64,000 nucleotides of DNA from Trichosphaerium sp. ATCC 40318 (taxonomy: Eukaryota > Protista > Tubulinea). How positions within the stretch are numbered: position 1 is the first letter of the stretch; the number at the start of each line of letters is the position of its first letter. The notes beneath the pieces were generated by a model, which was not told the DNA's origin, searched no databases, and worked only from the letters and a program-made list of their open reading frames with translations. The position numbers were made by a program, and so were the translations under genes. This document shows, piece by piece, positions 60,840 through 64,000 of the stretch. Where the stretch lies: NCBI GenBank assembly GCA_038496445.1, contig JALMLS010000325.1, positions 1-64,000 of the forward strand, written 5' to 3'.

Positions 60840-63337
60840 TTACTCAGCTGTTTTTTTGACTTCTCCTGATTTTTTAAGCGTTGCATAATGTCTGAATGAA
60901 AAACCAGCAAAAGCGTACTTAAGTACATAAGCATCACCCCCTTCTGTAGTGCCTACAGACGAAATAAGAACAATAAACAAACAAAAGAAGAATTCTACAA
61001 AAAACAAGCTTTAACCAACTACGCACCTCCTTCCTTAAGGTCTGTTCTAGCAGAAAATTGTCCTAAGTATGCCCCAGGTTCACTATCATCCTCTAGCAAC
61101 TCATCAAGGTTACCAAGCTCGCCAGAGTCCATATCGTCATTTACAAAGTAAGATGTGTCAATATCACTCTCAAGCTATGTATACATTAGTTTTTAGGCGT
61201 TTTGCGAAGGTTCAATGGGTTAGACGAACTGCATAATCAAAAATCGACTACATTTACTTGAAAGAAGCATACCTCTGGTATAAACGGAGGTTCCAAGTTG
61301 CGAACCTCTTCCCACTCAATATCAGCGAAAAAAGGATGATTTTGAACATCTTTGAATCCATTTGTAGCGCCAATACGAGTATCGGATGAACAAATTAATC
61401 TAGTCAAGGAGTGTTACAACGATTCTCATTGAGATTCCTTACTTGGTCAATAAATCCCATGCTTCGTCTGAAATTTGGATATCAGCGCCTTCAGCATCGC
61501 CATACTTCTCATGAAGGTCACGCACAAGAGATTTATTATAGTTTCTAAAGCAAGTAAATATAAGGTCACTACGTGTAAAGCTTTCTGCTTCAAATTAAGA
61601 AAATACGAACACAATGTTGCTGAAAACGTCAATTATAGTGTCTGCAATGAACGGTGTGATACCAAACAGCATTTCATAAAATATAACACCCAAAGACCAG
61701 TAATCTACAACAGAACTGTACCCCTAGATCTCTATTAAATAATAATGATCTTATAGCTATCTAAAAAGAAATAAGCGCTTACTTCACCATCAAGAATCTC
61801 TATCGCCATATACTCCGGTGAACCAACCATAGAATACGCCTAAAACAATTAACAAGTTGTTTAAAACAAACAATCACCAAACACGTACTCTAGATTTTCG
61901 TCTAGGTCCTCGTTTTGTTGTAGATCCTAATGTGTCACTCTTTCTTCTCTACAAAGACATTAAAACAATGGCATACGTCAAATTGGGAGGTTCAAAAAAA
62001 ACACATACAGAAGAGAATGTCTTGAAACTAGCCGAATTATAGAAAGAAGACGCCATTCCTTGCTTAGAAAGTCCAAAATCAATTAATTTCAAATGCCCGC
62101 TTGCATCGACCATAAAGTTATCAGGTTTAAGATCCCTTGTACCCAAGTAAGTATAGAACAGATCACAAAAGGAATTAAAACAAAACGGAATTAAAACAAA
62201 AATGAAGGAACTACGCGGAAACCAAATAAAAACTGTACCTGTGGATGTAACCAAGCTTATGTAATGTATTAACAGCCAAGAACATCTCAGTAAGGAAGAA
62301 CTTGGCAGCATCCTCAGGAAGACATCCAACATGATCAAGCAAATGCTTAATATCTCCACCAGCAATATATTCCTTTAACAAACAGAGTAAGAAAGGGACC
62401 TTTGTGTCTACAAAAAACCAAAAAAAAAAATTCGCTCAGAAAAATAAACGCAAGCAGTTATGATGTAAACCCAAGCGTACCATAGCAAGGTATACATTCG
62501 CTTTGTCTTGGAACGAATATTTTAATTGAGTAAGCCATTCTGAATTCGTCTTTACCATTATATTACGCTCTTGTTTGACACGGTGTACCTTTAACAGAGT
62601 AAATAAATGATTGTAAAAAGCCAAATGTCAAATGTCATTTCAACAAAAATTGCTCGGTTTCTACACGCTAAACGTACTTCATTTTTAGCTACAAACCTCG
62701 ATTTTTTCATCTTCTTTAACGCTAGGATCTCTTGAGTCTTTCTGTGGCGCGTCAAGTAAACTTCACCATAACCACCCTAGAATTTCGCTTTAGAATCACC
62801 CCATTGCGCGTGTATTTGCTTTATTAACACGTACCTTTCCAAGTAGAGCGAGCAAGTGAAAATCCTTTATTGTCATTCTGCTTCGTTTACGTCTCAAGTA
62901 GTTTGACTCCTTTCTAAAGTATCTTCGGGCGTGTTTTTGTCGTACTTCATCACTGTAATTATGGCGTTGGAGTTTTTGCTTAAAGTTTTGGTATCTAGCA
63001 GTGGCAAGCGAGTTAACGATAATCCATACATCGTAATTACGCACCTTCTTTGACGGTGATTCAAATACGAAATTAATTCGGTGTAATATTGTCTTAAATA
63101 CTCTTGAGTGGCAGCTACTTTCCTTACTGTATCTTCTGAAACTTCTAGATGCCTATCTGGAGCATCGGCAACAAAGTCACAATAACCATCATCAACTGCA
63201 GTTTAGTTAGTTTCGCACGCAAACAGCGCAGCGGACGAAAAATAGGTGTGAAAGGTGCGATTTTGGTTCTAAATATACACAAACGCACGCTCGTGCTTTA
63301 GTACAGAATCAGTCTCGCCTTTACGAGGCTCTGCCAT
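60840..63337 (-). CDS. NDR/LATS-family AGC kinase (Dbf2/Sid2-like)
   Basis: [10 protein letters not shown] (Mob-binding region), [45 protein letters not shown], hydrophobic motif FAGFSF. Confidence 0.93.
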
Positions 63338-63702
63338 GTCTGTTGAGTACTTGTGTGATTAAAAAGTCGCTTAAAACGTGTTTGGCTTTCAAACTGTAAA
63401 TCTCGTTTACCCCGTAGCGTATTTTCTCAATGGGCTGCCCTCCAATAAATCACCGTAATAAAAAGCTAACTTAAGCGCGTGATGACAAACTACCGCGGAC
63501 TATACTCTATTAACCTGCTTGCTAGCGATGCCGTTACCTCCAACCGTTTACTTATTTTAGACGTAGCCAGAAAACGCTAGTACAATTTTAACACCTACTA
63601 TACTATTCTGGGTACATGTAATTGCTACCCAGCGTACTTGGGTTTAGGTTGAATCCGAAACAGATTTTGCTGGCAAATTCCAGAAACTTCGTACGCTGCT
63701 AG

Positions 63703-64000
63703 ATGGAAACGAATCCTCTCATAGGCGGTTCTCAGAGTAACCTACGGTTGCGGTTGATATTTTTTGGGTTCGTTGCGTTCAATATCTTGTTGTTTATCTT
63801 AGTTATTGTTGCGCTCGCCAAAAACAACACAAAGGTAATTGTATACGCGTGAAAGACGTACTGAGAACCTTAGGGCAATATTGTATACAACGATTTGACA
63901 GCTTGTGTAGAAGTCAGTTTCAACAAGGATGATCAGGTTGCAGACCTTGCAAAAGGTCTTGTGGTTTCCATAGAAGATGGTATGACCTAGTGTACGCTTG
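63703..64000 (+). CDS. 5' part of a spliced gene of unknown function, runs off the window end
   Basis: ATG at 63703 and exon-like segments (CVEVSFNKDDQVADLAKGLVVSIED) bounded by AG/GT. Confidence 0.4.

Noticed and set aside
1-64000. U12-type (AT-AC or RTATCCTT) intron expansion
   Set aside because: No such donor at any junction I reconstructed; all are GT-AG or GC-AG

Overview
AT-rich (roughly one-third GC by eye), gene-dense, intron-rich eukaryotic DNA. It is probably an amoebozoan-like protist: it carries a Sib/integrin-beta-like vWA receptor, a Dbf2-type NDR kinase and short introns with GTACGT/GTAAGT donors. The genetic code is standard. About 25 spliced or single-exon genes can be rebuilt by hand: a MAPK-like kinase, M28 peptidase, homeobox, SF3B3, TPR, GST, METTL-family methyltransferase, SARAF, LIM, two PARGs, NDR kinase and others. 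There are also pseudogene remnants and two TIR elements. No rRNA, tRNA or CRISPR array was seen. Most interesting: (1) a tandemly duplicated cassette of a variant PARG plus an unknown ~105-125 aa gene, with patchy gene conversion that spares the catalytic loop; (2) a GC-rich, rod-like ~225-nt ncRNA candidate ending in an oligo-T; (3) F-box fusions to a phage-type nucleotidyltransferase-like domain and to a degenerate Rho GTPase; (4) roughly 10-fold over-representation of CACGTG; (5) recurrent GC-AG introns; (6) several prokaryote/virus-like genes. All exon structures and family assignments come from manual reading and recalled motifs, not database searches.
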